Numbered from the stretch's first letter, positions 1-18,525 are shown. The stretch: 64,000 bases of DNA from Eledone cirrhosa (GCA_964016885.1 OZ024758.1:19282001-19346000); one strand, 5' to 3'. Notes: generated from the sequence alone by a model not told the origin. Numbers and translations: made by a program.

Positions 1-1296
1 AGACTAAGCCTCATATCTAACAGTGAATGCAAACGGGCAGAAGAGAAATGGCGCAAAATAGTTTTAAAAAAAAGAAACACTGGGCCTCCCTTAGTAAACC
101 AAATGTCGCGAGCCACTGCTTCGAATGCCAGTAGTTGCCTAACGTTAATTCTATTTTTTATGACTACTTTGACGTTACACTGACGATGTAATAGTTCTAT
201 AAAATATTTCATTATTTAAGAAAAAAACATATAAATATAATTATACAGGCAAATTATATATATGATTAATGCATTTGTGTGTATAAGCATGTTTACTAAC
301 CTGGGAAAGAATGCGTCGTACACACATGAGAGTTAAAAATACTAATAAATTGAGCAAATCCAACAACAGCAGACATTTATCTGAATATATACGTATGAGC
401 CATGAAATAAGAACATGTTGATCACAAATAACAACACTAACAACCACAAGAACAACAACAAAAATAAAAACAACATCAGAAACAATATCTTGGTATATTG
501 ATTAAACATAATGTTCCCAATTACATTATTGGTTAAATAACACCACTATGAAAGAAGCAGTTAAAGAAATTATGAAAAGCTACTTCAGATTTTAAAACCA
601 CTTCTTTTATTAAGAATTCGGCAATTAATTATATCTGATTATAGCTTGGAAGGAGCAGGGAGCATGGTGGGAATATATTTACTGACGCTGAAAAAGGAGA
701 TTGCGGAGCGTTCATAAAATGTGTGAACGTTAGAGAAGAAATTGAAGTAAAAACCAAATAAACGTACATGGAATTATGACAATGAGTACATTACAAACAA
801 TGAAATGAAAATAATTGGGTCGAAAGTAAGACAATCATAGAGAGAATAAAAGAAGTAATAAAAAATGATGAATGTTTGAGAAAAAAAAGGTATTAAGGTT
901 TTGATGTTTGTAAAAAATAAACTTGTATGGGAAAATGGAGAATGTATGGTTCTACATATATTAAGAAACAAGCTGCTTATTACCTGAAAGGAGTGGAATA
1001 AAAATGACGTTGGCAAAGCGAGATAAACGAATATGAATGAGATGTTAGGTGTATATATAAGACTGAAAGTATGAGTTAGATATTAAAGTGAGGTGAAGAT
1101 ATGTAAAATTATAGAACTTTAGAATTACGAGTCAGCGTCGTGTAACATAATGAAAGACACAATATAAAACTGAGTGTGACTGTGTGTATATATATATATA
1201 TATGTGTGTGTGTGCGTTATAAATATATATATATGTGTGTGTGTTAGACAGTTATATGTATGTGCGTGTGTGTGAATATCTCTCTCTCTCGCTCTG

Positions 1297-2480
<1,184 letters not shown>

Positions 2481-2482
<2 letters not shown>

Positions 2483-2925
2483 GGAGGAGGTTATAGTTCA
2501 CTTGAAGCATTGGGTAATGAGGTATAAACGTTTGTATATGTATAATAATCCAAAACAATGCAAGTATGGACATAGAATAAAGAATGCAAATGCAAAAGAT
2601 ATTGTTGAAAATTAGTCTTTTATCTTAGATTTATTTAAATGTCCTTAATTTTCGAGATAATACCTCTTCTTTGGAGGGAAGTAAAGCGGTTAAATCAGTA
2701 TTCTAAATAGCTTGCCAAGTCAGCATGACTTTGCAAGCTATTTAAAACAATGGTTTAACAGATTTACTTCCCTTCTAAGACGAGATATCTCGACAATTAA
2801 GATTAAGGACATTTAAATAAATCTAAGGTAAAAGACTAATTGTCAACACTATCTTTTGCATTTGCATTCTTTATTGTATGTCCATACCTGCAATATTTTT
2901 GCTTTATTATACATATACAAACGTT

Positions 2926-2929
<4 letters not shown>
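2481..2929. mobile_element. Diverged head-to-head palindromic element in (TA)n; arms ~2523-2722 and ~2726-2929, with an extra tail at 2481-2522
   Basis: tataaacgtttgtatatgtataata...gcttgccaagtca is mirrored by tgactttgcaagc...tattatacatatacaaacgtttata. (TA)n lies on both sides. Confidence 0.8.
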
Positions 2930-2957
<28 letters not shown>

Positions 2958-2958
2958 C

Positions 2959-3548
<590 letters not shown>

Positions 3549-3630
3549 TATATATATATATGTATGCATATATATATTAAGTATATATGTATAGGTGCAT
3601 ACATGCATATATATGTATATGTGAATACAA

Positions 3631-3696
<66 letters not shown>

Positions 3697-3726
3697 GCGA
3701 ATACAAATACATGTATGTATGTGTGA

Positions 3727-3783
<57 letters not shown>

Positions 3784-3876
3784 AGCATATGGATATAAGA
3801 GTGAACGTATATTTCTGCTTGTGCCTCTGTGTTTTTATGTGTATTGACAAATATTTGCATAGCATTATTTTATTAC

Positions 3877-4182
3877 AAGGTTAACTTTGCCTTTCATCCT
3901 TACGGGATCGATAAAATAAAGTACCAGTAATACACTGAGTAATTGCTGGCCTTGTGCCAAAAGTAGAAACAATTATTTTATTACTGATTTTATTACTGAA
4001 AGGGCAGTGAATTGAATTATCGGTAGAGGGTCGGACGCCATGCATTGACACATAGAGTTGCGGCCCATGTCATTCCGAGTTCAAATCCCGCCAAGGTTAA
4101 CTTTGCCTATCATCCTTATGGGGTCGATAAAATTGAGTACCAGTAATAAACTGGTTATAGCTGGCCTTCTGTAGAAACAATT
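3877..4182 (+). mobile_element. Two tandem tRNA-derived SINE copies (Nin/Deu-like core)
   Basis: B-box gagttcaaatccc (4077-4089). Core ggttaactttgcctttcatccttacggg.tcgataaaat.aagtaccagt and tail ggccttgtgccaaaagtagaaacaatt recur throughout the window. Confidence 0.85.
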
Positions 4183-4398
4183 GATTTATTACTGATTCGT
4201 ATTAATGAGATGGAATATAACAATAGGTTGCATAGGGACATATAACCTAGGTTCTATACATTGGTACACGTGTCTGTGCACCTAACAAATAAATGCATAC
4301 ATACACACACGTGCTGAAACACATCTGAACCTAAAGCACAGCCCAGGAGTTCATTCTTAACCCCGAATCACAATTAGTATATATATGTATATATATAT

Positions 4399-4449
<51 letters not shown>

Positions 4450-4460
4450 TATATATATAT

Positions 4461-4619
<159 letters not shown>

Positions 4620-4640
4620 CATATATATATATACATATAC

Positions 4641-4722
<82 letters not shown>

Positions 4723-4780
4723 GTACATATATATACATATATATATATATATACATATATATATATGTACATATATATAC

Positions 4781-4815
<35 letters not shown>

Positions 4816-5002
4816 CATATATATACGTATGATACTGGTTCAGTCTGGTTCAAACTGAATTGGTCTGTCCCAGTCATTCATTGAGCAACATCGGTGAAGT
4901 TGGCACCCTTAACTCACAGTTGGGTGCGGATGCATTCATGTATATATGTGTGTGTCCGCATGTATCTGTGTGTTTCTAAATATATATACGTATATATATA
5001 TG

Positions 5003-5105
<103 letters not shown>

Positions 5106-5121
5106 ATATATATATATACAT

Positions 5122-5203
<82 letters not shown>

Positions 5204-5264
5204 GGATATATATATACATATATATATACATATATACATGCATATATATATATATATATATACA

Positions 5265-5332
<68 letters not shown>

Positions 5333-5357
5333 TACATACATATACACATAAATATAT

Positions 5358-5434
<77 letters not shown>

Positions 5435-5437
5435 TAT

Positions 5438-5813
<376 letters not shown>

Positions 5814-5820
5814 ATATATG

Positions 5821-5892
<72 letters not shown>

Positions 5893-6088
5893 TTTACATA
5901 TATATATATATATATAAATATATATACATATATATATATGTATACATATACATATATATATATATATAAATATATATACATATATATATATGTATATATA
6001 TACATATATATATATAAATATATATATATAAATATATATATATATACATATATATATATGTATATATATATATATACATATAAATATA

Positions 6089-6158
<70 letters not shown>

Positions 6159-6161
6159 TAC

Positions 6162-6229
<68 letters not shown>

Positions 6230-6232
6230 GTA

Positions 6233-6268
<36 letters not shown>

Positions 6269-6304
6269 CATACATATATACGTATATATTTATATATATA
6301 TATA

Positions 6305-6655
6305 TTTCGTTTCTGAATTTGTGTAGCAAGATTCTTTATCTGAACACGTGTGTCGAAACCGATATTGTTATACTTTGGGAGGGTCATGTTGCCAATAAGA
6401 ATCAGACGCACCAGTTGCTTTCACTTCAATTTATTATAATACATTTATACATTTAGGAATTTAGGAATTTATGGTTCGTTCGTTGGATCCACAAGCAGAT
6501 GGATGTTTATATGTTGTCAAAGTTCTTTCGTCACACATTCTGTGACCTCTTCAGTGACTGGGGATTCTTTTCTTTGTTTTTGTGTCTCTCCTTTGTTCTG
6601 TCCTACGCCTTATTTCTCTGAGAAACAAGAGGGCGTAGGACATAATAAAGGAGAT
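6305..6655 (-). mobile_element. HHR family A non-autonomous element (full tail), with a short fold-back at 6586-6654
   Basis: Reverse complement of 63140-63462; starts directly at (TA)n. Confidence 0.9.
6516..6558 (-). ncRNA. Minimal type-I hammerhead ribozyme, family A
   Basis: gtca-CTGAAGA-g-gtcaca(gaatg)tgtgac-GAAA-gaac-TT-tgac. Confidence 0.75.
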
Positions 6656-6895
6656 GTATATATTGGCGTACGTCAATACTCATCTTCTTCCATTTTATCT
6701 GAGGTCTCTAAACCCCATTATCAGGCTAATATTCCTTTAGTCAAAAATAGAATGAAAGATATTCAATTTTCTAATTTCAAACCTGCTCACTCTATCAACA
6801 CATACTTACTCGATATATATATACATATATATGTATATATATATATATATATACATATATCAATCTATATATATATATATATATATATATATCAA

Positions 6896-6956
<61 letters not shown>

Positions 6957-6957
6957 A

Positions 6958-7001
<44 letters not shown>

Positions 7002-7007
7002 AATCTA

Positions 7008-7061
<54 letters not shown>

Positions 7062-7128
7062 TATACACATATATATATATATATACATATATATATATTC
7101 ATATATATATATATACATTGATATATAT

Positions 7129-7163
<35 letters not shown>

Positions 7164-7209
7164 CATTGATATATATATATACATAATTACTCTACATGTA
7201 TAAATATAA

Positions 7210-7247
<38 letters not shown>

Positions 7248-7254
7248 CTATATA

Positions 7255-7313
<59 letters not shown>

Positions 7314-7348
7314 TGAAATATATATATATACAATGAAATATATATATA

Positions 7349-7610
7349 CTGCTCAATACTAGTACCGGCAGTATTAGATATTAGAGGTGTTAATATCTAG
7401 TGGGGGAGAGAGTTAGCAGAGAGTAAGCACGTAGAACATTAAGAAATAGGTGGACAGACCGTTAACACATGTTTATTTAAAACAGCACCTCCGTACGTTT
7501 CGACCGGATGGTCTTCTCAAGGGCATAACAAATTAAAAAAGTGATCCTTACAAGGCCCAGAATGTGTTCTTGGAGGCAATTTCACGTCAGAGTTCATTCT
7601 TCGCAAAACA
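7349..7610 (-). mobile_element. Family E element carrying a variant hammerhead core at ~7490-7524
   Basis: Minus strand gccc-TTGAGAA-gacc(atcc)ggtc-GAAA-cg-TA-cgg, followed by AATAAA. Confidence 0.6.
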
Positions 7611-7666
7611 TATATGTACATATATATATACATTTATATATATATAAATATATATGTAATTTTTTA

Positions 7667-7722
<56 letters not shown>

Positions 7723-7824
7723 TATATGTCTATATGTATTTATATATATATGTATATATATCTATATATGTATACATGTATATGTATGTATATATGTATA
7801 TACATATAGGTATATATATATGTA

Positions 7825-7856
<32 letters not shown>

Positions 7857-7952
7857 AATATGTATATATATATGTGTGTGTATATATGTATATATATATG
7901 TATATATATATATAGATATGTATATATGTATATATATGAATATATGTACATG

Positions 7953-8027
<75 letters not shown>

Positions 8028-8028
8028 G

Positions 8029-8061
<33 letters not shown>

Positions 8062-8072
8062 GTATATATATG

Positions 8073-8107
<35 letters not shown>

Positions 8108-8110
8108 GTA

Positions 8111-8165
<55 letters not shown>

Positions 8166-8194
8166 ATATATATATATATGTATATATATATGTA

Positions 8195-8284
<90 letters not shown>

Positions 8285-8402
8285 CATATGTATATACATA
8301 TGTATATACATATATATATGTATATATATTTGTATATATGTATATATATATATATGTATATATATATGTATATGTATATATATATATATGTATATATATA
8401 TG

Positions 8403-8467
<65 letters not shown>

Positions 8468-8494
8468 ATATATATGTATATATGTATATATATG

Positions 8495-8525
<31 letters not shown>

Positions 8526-9845
8526 ATACGGGCGTATGATTGATAAAAAAAAAGGAAATATGTAATTTAGGTGCAGGCATACACACACCCGAGCACATAC
8601 ACACACGCAGACACACACAGTAGCATTAATGTAATTGGTGAAATCAAGAATACTGTATAGTGGGTACGAATCAATGAAAATCTATGAAATTTAGTGCTGA
8701 TATCGTCTCCAGGAATATCATTAGGAGATCTTTACGTAATTATGCGTTCTGTTCAATTGTCAATGATGGAAACGATATGTGGCCAAAAGCTTACTGAAAC
8801 ATCATCTTATCTGCAACACTTATTACGTAAATAATGCACGGAATCTTGTACACAGATCTTAATACAGATGAATTATTTAAAGATATGTAGAGATGTGTAT
8901 GTTTTCCATAACGGTAAGAACAACTGATTGATAATGACAATAATAACAAAGTATATATCAATAAAAAAACGAAGAATTATACCAGTAACTGAAAAATCTA
9001 TCCACGTGATTTCAAGAATTATGAGAAACCTGCTGATGTTTTCCGTTATAGTACAATTAATCTGTGTAGTATGTATAGGCATTCTAAAGATTTTGTCTTA
9101 CTATTACTATGTTACTGTGGCGTAAAATTTAATCTGCATCTCCACATGATAATAATTGTCTATTCACATCAGACTACAATGTGTTGGCGTTGAGAATACG
9201 TGTCAGTTTTATTATCCTACACAACACTATCACGCTGTCAGCATACAATACAGAATATAAGCAATTACAGAAAAACTTTCCTTAATATGAAAAGAAGAAA
9301 TGTTTAATATCAGGCAAATCTTCATACAGCAACTGATATTACTTGGAGATCAAAGACAGATAAATCCTAGAAATGATAGCCTGCGTGTCTGAAGACAGCG
9401 TGCTTGTGTGAAATACAAGCAAAAATATTAACAGAATGCAATATTTTAACTTCTACAATCTCATCATTTTAACTATTACAATCCCATCATTTAAATATTA
9501 TTGAACAATTATTATTTTTAAATATATATATATAGTTTAATGGGAGTAATTCGAAAGAAATTAACTATTGAACGCTTTTATTTTTTTATTTTCGTCAATA
9601 TGTCTATCTGTAATTAAAAACAATATTGAATTCTAATCAATATATTTTTATTTATTTTTTCAAATGCCGACTACTATAAAAACAATCCCTTTCATTAAGC
9701 AATTGATCTCCTCCAAAACTAGATACAGCATTAATAAACGACACAAGTGTAGCACAATCTTTTGTATAAACGCAGAATCGTCCATGACAGAGATGTAAAC
9801 TGAATACTCCTGTATTAAAGTTTTCCCAACTTGCAACAACACCAT

Positions 9846-9846
<1 letters not shown>

Positions 9847-9922
<76 letters not shown>

Positions 9923-9965
9923 GCAGCAACACCGATATCAATAATAATAATAATAATAATAATAA
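9847..9965. repeat. (CTA)n followed by (ATA)n trinucleotide microsatellites
   Basis: Direct reading; explains the poly-S/V/I ORFs. Confidence 0.97.
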
Positions 9966-12298
9966 TGATAATAAGGATAATGTCGATTATGATGTTTTCT
10001 ATTTTAGTCAGAAATCTATTCATTGAAGGGAAATTCAATTGACTCGACTCTAGTCCTTGCCTCGATCCCAAAAGAATGAAAAGCAAATTCGGCCACAAAG
10101 TGTAAATATTTATTTGATTTTCGTTTATTGTCCCAAAGATCCCACGTAGGATATAACAATAAGAATGTCAAACATGAAATAATATTATTATCACATGAAA
10201 CAATGAGGTATTTACAATGGTTAAAAAAAAAAGATTAAAAATAACTGCAAATACCTAGACAAGGAAAGAAATAATAAAATAGCAGTGGCAATATCGAAGA
10301 TGAACTCATCATCAAAATACTACCAACAAATTATATGGAATCGTTTAAATCCGTAACACAAATTCAATGCTAACTATGCAAATTTTTATACCGTCCTAAA
10401 CTCTTTGGTAGATTCCTGTTTCTTAGGAGTGTTCTCAGTGTAATGTATATATCTATATATATATATATGTGTGTGTATGTGTGTGTGTGTGTGTGTGTGT
10501 ATGTGTGTGTGCGTGTGCGTGTGCGTGCGCGCTTGTGTGCATGTGTTTCTGTATGTCTATAGATGCATTGATATGCGTTGTCAACGCCTTTCTATTTGTT
10601 TTTTTTCTGTTGGAGGTGGAATATAACGTGGTCTTTCTTTGTACGTGTTTCAAATTCATAAATACTATAAAATATCTATATTGAAAGTTTGCGTATTTTA
10701 AATTGTTATGATATGAGAATGTTTACCCAACCATAAAACACCAACGTAAATAATTTGCTCATAATTTCAATGTTTGCCTTTAATTTATCCTATTTCGAAG
10801 AAGGAGATGACAAAAAAACATGTTATCTGGAATTACTTTAATATGACCCCTCAAACACTGACCCTATGTCTCTTTAAGACATCATTTGCATATGCTGGTC
10901 GCCACCTTAGCGGTGAAAATCAACACTTATAAATGTCGAAAACTAATTCCGACTTAAACAAAAAAAATTCCACCTGAGGCAATTTATCCTCATAAAAACA
11001 AACAATAAATAAATGTGTTTTTCTTTTTCTTTTACACCTGACTATAAGGTAATTTGCTTTCAAATAATATGTTAAACAGCAATACTGTTATTTTTGTTTA
11101 AGCCTAAAAATCAAGACAATCATCATCTATTGTTATTTATACATGCCATAACATTAAATAAAAGTTCAGAAATACATGCCACTCTCTTTCCATGATATTG
11201 GGAGATTTCAATGATGGTTGGTATTTCTATGTTTTTACTAATACAGATTCATTTTTATCTCTATTTTGAAGAAAGAACACAAGCCTGTAACCATAGCAAA
11301 GATCAATTAAATAATCTAGGTTATAATACAATAATTAAAGCATTACTTTGGCGTCTGTAGCATTGAATCGTCTATTTTGTAAGCTGTGGTAGTTTGAAAT
11401 GATTCAATATATCTACTTGATATTTGGCAGAAGGAATGTATTATGCGGGCTAAAGCAAGAATGAGATAAACCATCTGCCTGCGAGATGTAAATTTAGCGT
11501 AGTCGATTGATATATCAGTCCGTGCCGTAATAACACTTCTTCTTCGTCTTCTTCTTCTTTGTGCTCCACTGTCACCACTACGACTAGCTCAACCACCGTA
11601 TCCATAAAAGAAATAGAGAAATGATATCCTAATACGATTACCTAGAAAACTAAATAACCCAAATGTGGATTATGAAAAGAGATCCACTCATTAAAACAAT
11701 AGATCATGTGGGAAAGATAGAACATACACGACCACTGATGTACGCAAAATTACACATAACCAAGCCCAAACGACTTTCAAATATACACAGCACATGGAAT
11801 CTTGTTCGGTGATGCAGGGACAGCCCGCAATGAACATACTACGAATAATGATATTAAATATAACTATAATAATGATAACCGATATTATTATTATTAAATC
11901 TTTATTGTTATTATTATTACAGTTGCATTTATCTTGCTTTATGTTCATACGAGTTATCACCAAGTCACAACCATATTATTATTATTATTATCATTATTAT
12001 TATTATTATTATTATTAATGTTGCTATAGATGTTTCTATAAATGCAATGGTTTTCCTTCAGAAAACAGGAATTTAACTAACAAGTTTGTTGACAAAACAA
12101 TAAAAGCAACTCAATAGAGCGAAATAAATCTTGAAATGTATTCCTGCTTTAAACTATCGAAATACAAACGGAATTTTCCGGTGTACATTCTTTGCGGGAA
12201 CACACACATAGTGACATATGATTTAACGTATGGATCTGTGTGAACCAGGGATTAGCCAGACCAGTAGATTCGAAGAATCCTCATAACGTGGGACACTT

Positions 12299-12410
12299 TG
12301 ACTTTCATCCTAACGGGATCGATAAAGTAAAGCACCAGTAATGCACTGTGGTCGATTTAATCAACTTTCCCTTCCCTCTAATTACTGGCCTTGTTCCTAC
12401 AGTAAAATTA
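12299..12410 (+). mobile_element. SINE fragment (same family) with (ATT)n tail
   Basis: ttcatcctaacgggatcgataaagtaaagcaccagtaatgcactgtggtcgat...ctggccttgt. Confidence 0.75.
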
Positions 12411-13253
12411 TTATTATTATTATTATTATCATTATTATTATTATTATTATTTTTATTTGCCTTTCATATAAACAAAATATATCAAGAAAACATAATTCAC
12501 AATATAACATATAATAAATATACATAAAAACACACTACATAAGCGAACATGCAAATATTTAGCAACATAGTCGACATCCACAGACATGATATATACATTT
12601 ACTATATACATACATGTGAGTGTATTACTCTTTCCTTTTATGGTATATCAGAGAAGAAATGACTAACGAAAATCTAATGTTATATCAGTTTAACTTGTTT
12701 TCAATATCATAAATTTAAAAGATTAAACAACACCCACAAATACAAACGGTTGATAGAATCTCCAAGATGTTTCATCTCGTTCATATGTATGCAGAATATT
12801 TTATTTCTTTGCTTTTATCAATCAAATGCTATTATGTACGGATCAGTTATATGAAAATCAAACAAAATAAACACGAAAAATAATTTTTTTCTGATTTCTT
12901 TTGAAAAATAAACAAACCTAGAATATAACGAGTGCAAGACATTATATATTCCTAGACTCAAATCGGTATTATAATATGCAGATACATACGCATATACGTA
13001 CGCACACATGTATTCTACAAAGAACGTAAAGGTAGACAGAAATAGAGCATGATGATAGAATAATATATGCATATATATGTATATATAGCTATACATTATA
13101 TATAATAAATGTAAGCTGGATTTTTCGAATATTAAAAATAATATTCGATCATTTGCAATTATGCAAACAGCCTCTTTTTTTAATTTTTAAAGCCAAGCCG
13201 GCAGACTGAACACCCTCAGCCTCGCTCTTGTGTTGGCATGTACACAGAATTGC

Positions 13254-13372
<119 letters not shown>

Positions 13373-13571
13373 TGAGAGGTAAATGCTGAGGCATAAATAT
13401 GGTTGTTCAGCAGTATTCTATTTATTCAGTTTTGGAGATTCTGACACGTCTTTCGTTGTATTCCTTTAAAACATGTATTTATAAGTCTATGGAATAGCGA
13501 CTCTTATGTAATCGATTACTTCTTACTGCTGGGGATCATCGTGTATATATCTCAACTGAAAAATTCAAAGA

Positions 13572-13610
<39 letters not shown>

Positions 13611-13628
13611 GTATGTATCCATGCTTTC

Positions 13629-13664
<36 letters not shown>

Positions 13665-14152
13665 ATGTATCAGGTATGTATGGATGCATGTAGGAATGTA
13701 TATATCAATGTATTTACGTATATATGAATGCATGTATGATGTATATATGAACGTATATATGTATGTATTTATGGATGTGTGTTTGTATGCATGTACATAC
13801 ATGAATATGTATATGTGTATGCAGGAATGTATGCATCCAAATAACCTTGATTGCGCAATATAGATGAATATTACTACAGATGTTACGTCATCAACGTATG
13901 TTTGGCATCTATGACTTAAATGTTGATTACAACGTCCAAGCTGAAATCGAAGGTGTTATTAATGTTCTGACAACATGTGAACAATGGAAATGCTAAGACA
14001 AAAGAAATATATGCGAAATAAAACTTCAATGAATCTCAAAGTAGAAATCAACTGTCCATGTATTTCGACATATTGAAATTTATCTTGCATTAACACAGTA
14101 AATATTAAATAAATTCAACTAATATACACTGAAAACACAGAAGCAACACCCC

Positions 14153-14205
<53 letters not shown>

Positions 14206-14260
14206 CATAAGCACATAAAAACACACGCAGACACACACACAAAAACACCCACACACACAT

Positions 14261-14320
<60 letters not shown>

Positions 14321-15536
14321 TCTTGCATGTAGATAAGCATCTGTTTGAATGAAAAGTTAAAGATAAAAATTGAAATTCAAATGTGGTAACCGAAACTATG
14401 ATAATGGTCGATCACTATATATAACAGTTGAAGACATTGAGTGAAGAACCATGGAAATATTATACACATACATACATATACAAATATATAAACAGACACA
14501 TAATGAAAGAAACATACATACATGCATACACAATTACTTAGAGTGAAACACACTCTTCATTATTGATAAACCCAACAATTCATGGTAATATTTTAAGTAA
14601 TAATATTTGAAAGACACACATACTGAATGATGACAAGTATATAGCAGATTGTGTTTTTGTTTGTTTTGTTTTCTTTATTCCCAAGACTATAACAATGGCC
14701 AATTACTACACATTCTATGATATAATTGGTAATTTTCAAAAGCTGTTTCGAAATGCACCTGACATTGATTGACGAAAGACTTCTTGTTTCTGTTGCTATA
14801 TTCTTATAATGCATCTTAAAGACATTTTTACAAAATGTTTGTTAAAATACAGAAAAATACACCCAACTAATCGTATTCGAACAGTGTTGGACTTATGCCA
14901 AGATTGAAAACATTATCTTTACAAATATATGCTGTTCTAGCATTTCATTTCGAAGCTACGAATTTTGGATTTGCGTCAGGCTATCGGTATGTAAAAAATA
15001 ATATATAAAATAACTATAAACATTTCCATGAAAACACAACCAAAAATACAAACGAAAAAAAAAAAAAAAAATGACCATCGTCTACAACATTAGATATGAT
15101 TATACAAGAGAGAATAATATAAAGATGTATGAACATGATGGATTTAAAAAATACATTACTGATTGGATTCTGGTTAAAGAGAACATGGACTCAGGGCGAA
15201 ACAAATTGAAACAAATTAGCTTTTTTATCTGCATTTAAGCTTTTGGAGGAATAGAATATATTCCTTGATTTAATCTTGCCGATGTTGTTGTTCCATGAAA
15301 TTATAATACTCCCTTAAATAAAAGAAAACATATTTTTCCCCCGAGCATCAACAAACTGTCAACTTTCATAAAGTAAAGGAAATTCTACATTAATTTCAGT
15401 ACTAGAATTTGAGGAAAGAATATTTTGTTAATCCTATTAAATTATTAAAAAATGTATATATATATATATATAAATATACACATACATATTTACTTATGCA
15501 TATACATATATATATACATACATATATATATACATA

Positions 15537-15571
<35 letters not shown>

Positions 15572-15576
15572 GTATG

Positions 15577-15659
<83 letters not shown>

Positions 15660-15738
15660 GTATGTATATATATACATATATACATATATATATACATATA
15701 TATATATACATATGTATGTATATATACATATATATATG

Positions 15739-15770
<32 letters not shown>

Positions 15771-15799
15771 CATATATACACACATATATATATATATAC

Positions 15800-15842
<43 letters not shown>

Positions 15843-16491
15843 CATATATATATATATATATGTATATATATAGATATATGTATATATATATATAGATGTA
15901 TATATATATATGTATATATATATATAGATGTATATATATATATATGTATATGTATGTATATATTTCGTTTATCTGTGAACATGTGTGTTTGGGAGTGTGT
16001 ATGTTTCATGTTTGTTCTCGTTCTTCAAGCTTTATGCTCTTTCAAAGGTGTGTTTAAAATATTTGTAGGGATTTCACTGAATGTTTTCACACAGCTGCCT
16101 CAGGCTTTCGTTTAGGTATATAATATAATAAAATATAAAATAATATATATATATATATGGTATGTCTGTATTTGGTAGTTTAAGCCAAAAAGTAAAAAAA
16201 ATAGAAAAAAAAACGTACACAAACTCTAAAATGAGAAGCAGAACATTGGAAAGAAGGTCTGCATACAATTCCAGTCAATCTTCGAATATTAAAAGAGAGA
16301 AAAATATTTCTCACAATTTGTTTGTTCTTTTTAATTTGAATGTGTCTTCGTTAGCAATGATGCTATTTCAGATCATTGAATTATAATTAATTGTTCTGCA
16401 TTAAATAAATGCTCAAATTGTCGCCTGTTAAAGATATCCTCATAACGAATGTTTTTCTTGAATCCATTGAACATAGACATACATACACTGG

Positions 16492-16532
<41 letters not shown>

Positions 16533-16612
16533 ATATATATATATATATATGTACATAAATATGTGTGAATATATATATATATATGTATATATATATACAT
16601 AAATATGTGTGA

Positions 16613-16676
<64 letters not shown>

Positions 16677-16830
16677 TATAAATGTATATATATATTTATA
16701 TGTATATATATACGTATATTCATATGTATATATATATATACATATATATACACATATATTTATATATATGTATAATATAAATGTACAAACATAGATGTAT
16801 ATATAAATGTATATACATACATATTTATAC

Positions 16831-16900
<70 letters not shown>

Positions 16901-17391
16901 ATACATATATGTAAATATATAATTTCTCTTAAAGCAGCTATGATTCCTCAGAAAGAGGGTAGGAAAATTTAATGTGTTCATCCCTTGATCTTTTCAGCCA
17001 TATATGCGACATGTTTTGTGTTACTATTCTACCCAATCTCTAAGACGATAATATTATTAACAGAGAACAGCTAAAATGATTCAAAGATTATTGAAAAAAG
17101 TATGAATAAATACAATAAAATTAAATGTAAAAAAAACAATAAAGAAGAAAAAAAAACTGATAAAGATTGTTGGCAAAAATCTGTTGCTTGAAATAAAAAT
17201 AAAATATAAAATAAAATATGAATCTTTGTGTTATATAATTCATATTTAACAGCAATATATCTTTTTCTCAAATCTTGTTATATTCAATGTCTTGTCTTTT
17301 GTTATTCTCTTACATGCTTTGATACCATTAAATGTATAATTGCCTTCTAATTGTATATATAAATATATATATATATATATTGTTTCTGTAA

Positions 17392-17722
17392 TTAAACAAA
17401 TAAATAAACAAATATAAACACACACAGAGCTGGATGTAACACATGCGCAAACTAAACACACACCACACTCAAACACAAGATGGCGTAGGACAGAGCAAAG
17501 TAGAGGCACACAAACAAACAAAATAAACCCCAGTCACTGAAAAGGTCACAGAATGTGTGATGAAAGAACTTTGACAATATATGAACAATCGTCTGGTTGT
17601 GGAACCAACCAACCAACCGGAAATTTATAAAATCCTAAATTTATAAATGTAATTCATAATAAATTGAATAACTGGTGCGTGTGTTTCTTATTGGCAACAT
17701 GACCCTCCCAAAGCATAAGAAT
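17392..17722 (+). mobile_element. HHR family A copy with decayed core (CTGAAAA) at 17533-17575
   Basis: Colinear with 17994-18320 and 63070-63400. Confidence 0.88.
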
Positions 17723-17791
17723 ATATATATATATATATATAGCAGTCTAATATATTTGCGGCGCATTGGCGTGGGTTTATTTATATATATA

Positions 17792-17847
17792 TAGGAACGA
17801 GTAGGACCCCGATGGCTGAGCTCAAGCGGTTTCGACGGCTAATTCTG
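17792..17847 (-). mobile_element. Family B short arm, directly fused to the family A copy that follows
   Basis: taggaacgagtaggaccccgatggctgagctcaagcggtttcgacggctaattctg. Confidence 0.85.
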
Positions 17848-18320
17848 ACAAATCACAGAGGCAATAAACATAAAATAATTACAACTAAAATTTAATAGAA
17901 AATATAAGTGGAACAGTAACATCACAACTTACAATTAAGGACAACATGAAAACACACACACACATAGAACAAACAACCAACCGGTATATGTAAATAAACA
18001 AATAAATAAACAAATATAAACACACACAGACACCCGGATGTGGCGCATGCGCAGACTGAGCACACAACACACACACGGAAACAAAATGGCGTAGGAGAGA
18101 ACAGAAGAAAGGAGAGGCACAAAAACAAAGAAAAAATCCCCAGTCACTGATGAGGTCACATAATGTGTGACGAAATAACTTTGACAGTATATAAACAACT
18201 ATCTGGTTGTGGAACCAACCAACCATCCAGAAATTTATAAATTTATTATAATAAATTGAAGTGAAAGCATCTGGTGCGTGTGTTTCTTATTGGCAACATG
18301 ACCCTCCAAAAGTATAACAA
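17848..18320 (+). mobile_element. HHR family A copy with the longest 5' extension; HHR at 18143-18185
   Basis: gtca-CTGATGA-g-gtcaca(taatg)tgtgac-GAAA-taac-TT-tgac; ends in (TA)n. Confidence 0.9.
18033..18092 (+). promoter_or_regulatory. Clustered ETS-like (CCGGATGT), NRF1-like (GCGCATGCGC) and YY1-like (AAAATGGCG) motifs in family A
   Basis: Same order at 63098-63153; motif match only. Confidence 0.4.
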
Positions 18321-18325
18321 TATAT

Positions 18326-18356
<31 letters not shown>

Positions 18357-18525
18357 CACACATATATATATATATATATATAATATATGTATATATGTGT
18401 ATATAAACATACAAATATATATGTGTATATATATATATATATACATATATCTATATATATGTGTATATATATATGTATGTATATATATATATACATATAT
18501 CTATATATATGTGTATATATATATG

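Noticed and set aside
4000-4095. tRNA gene
   Set aside because: Only a B-box in a SINE head; no cloverleaf.
9386-9420. CTGAAGA...GAAA spacing
   Set aside because: No convincing stem II, no UH triplet and no stem I.
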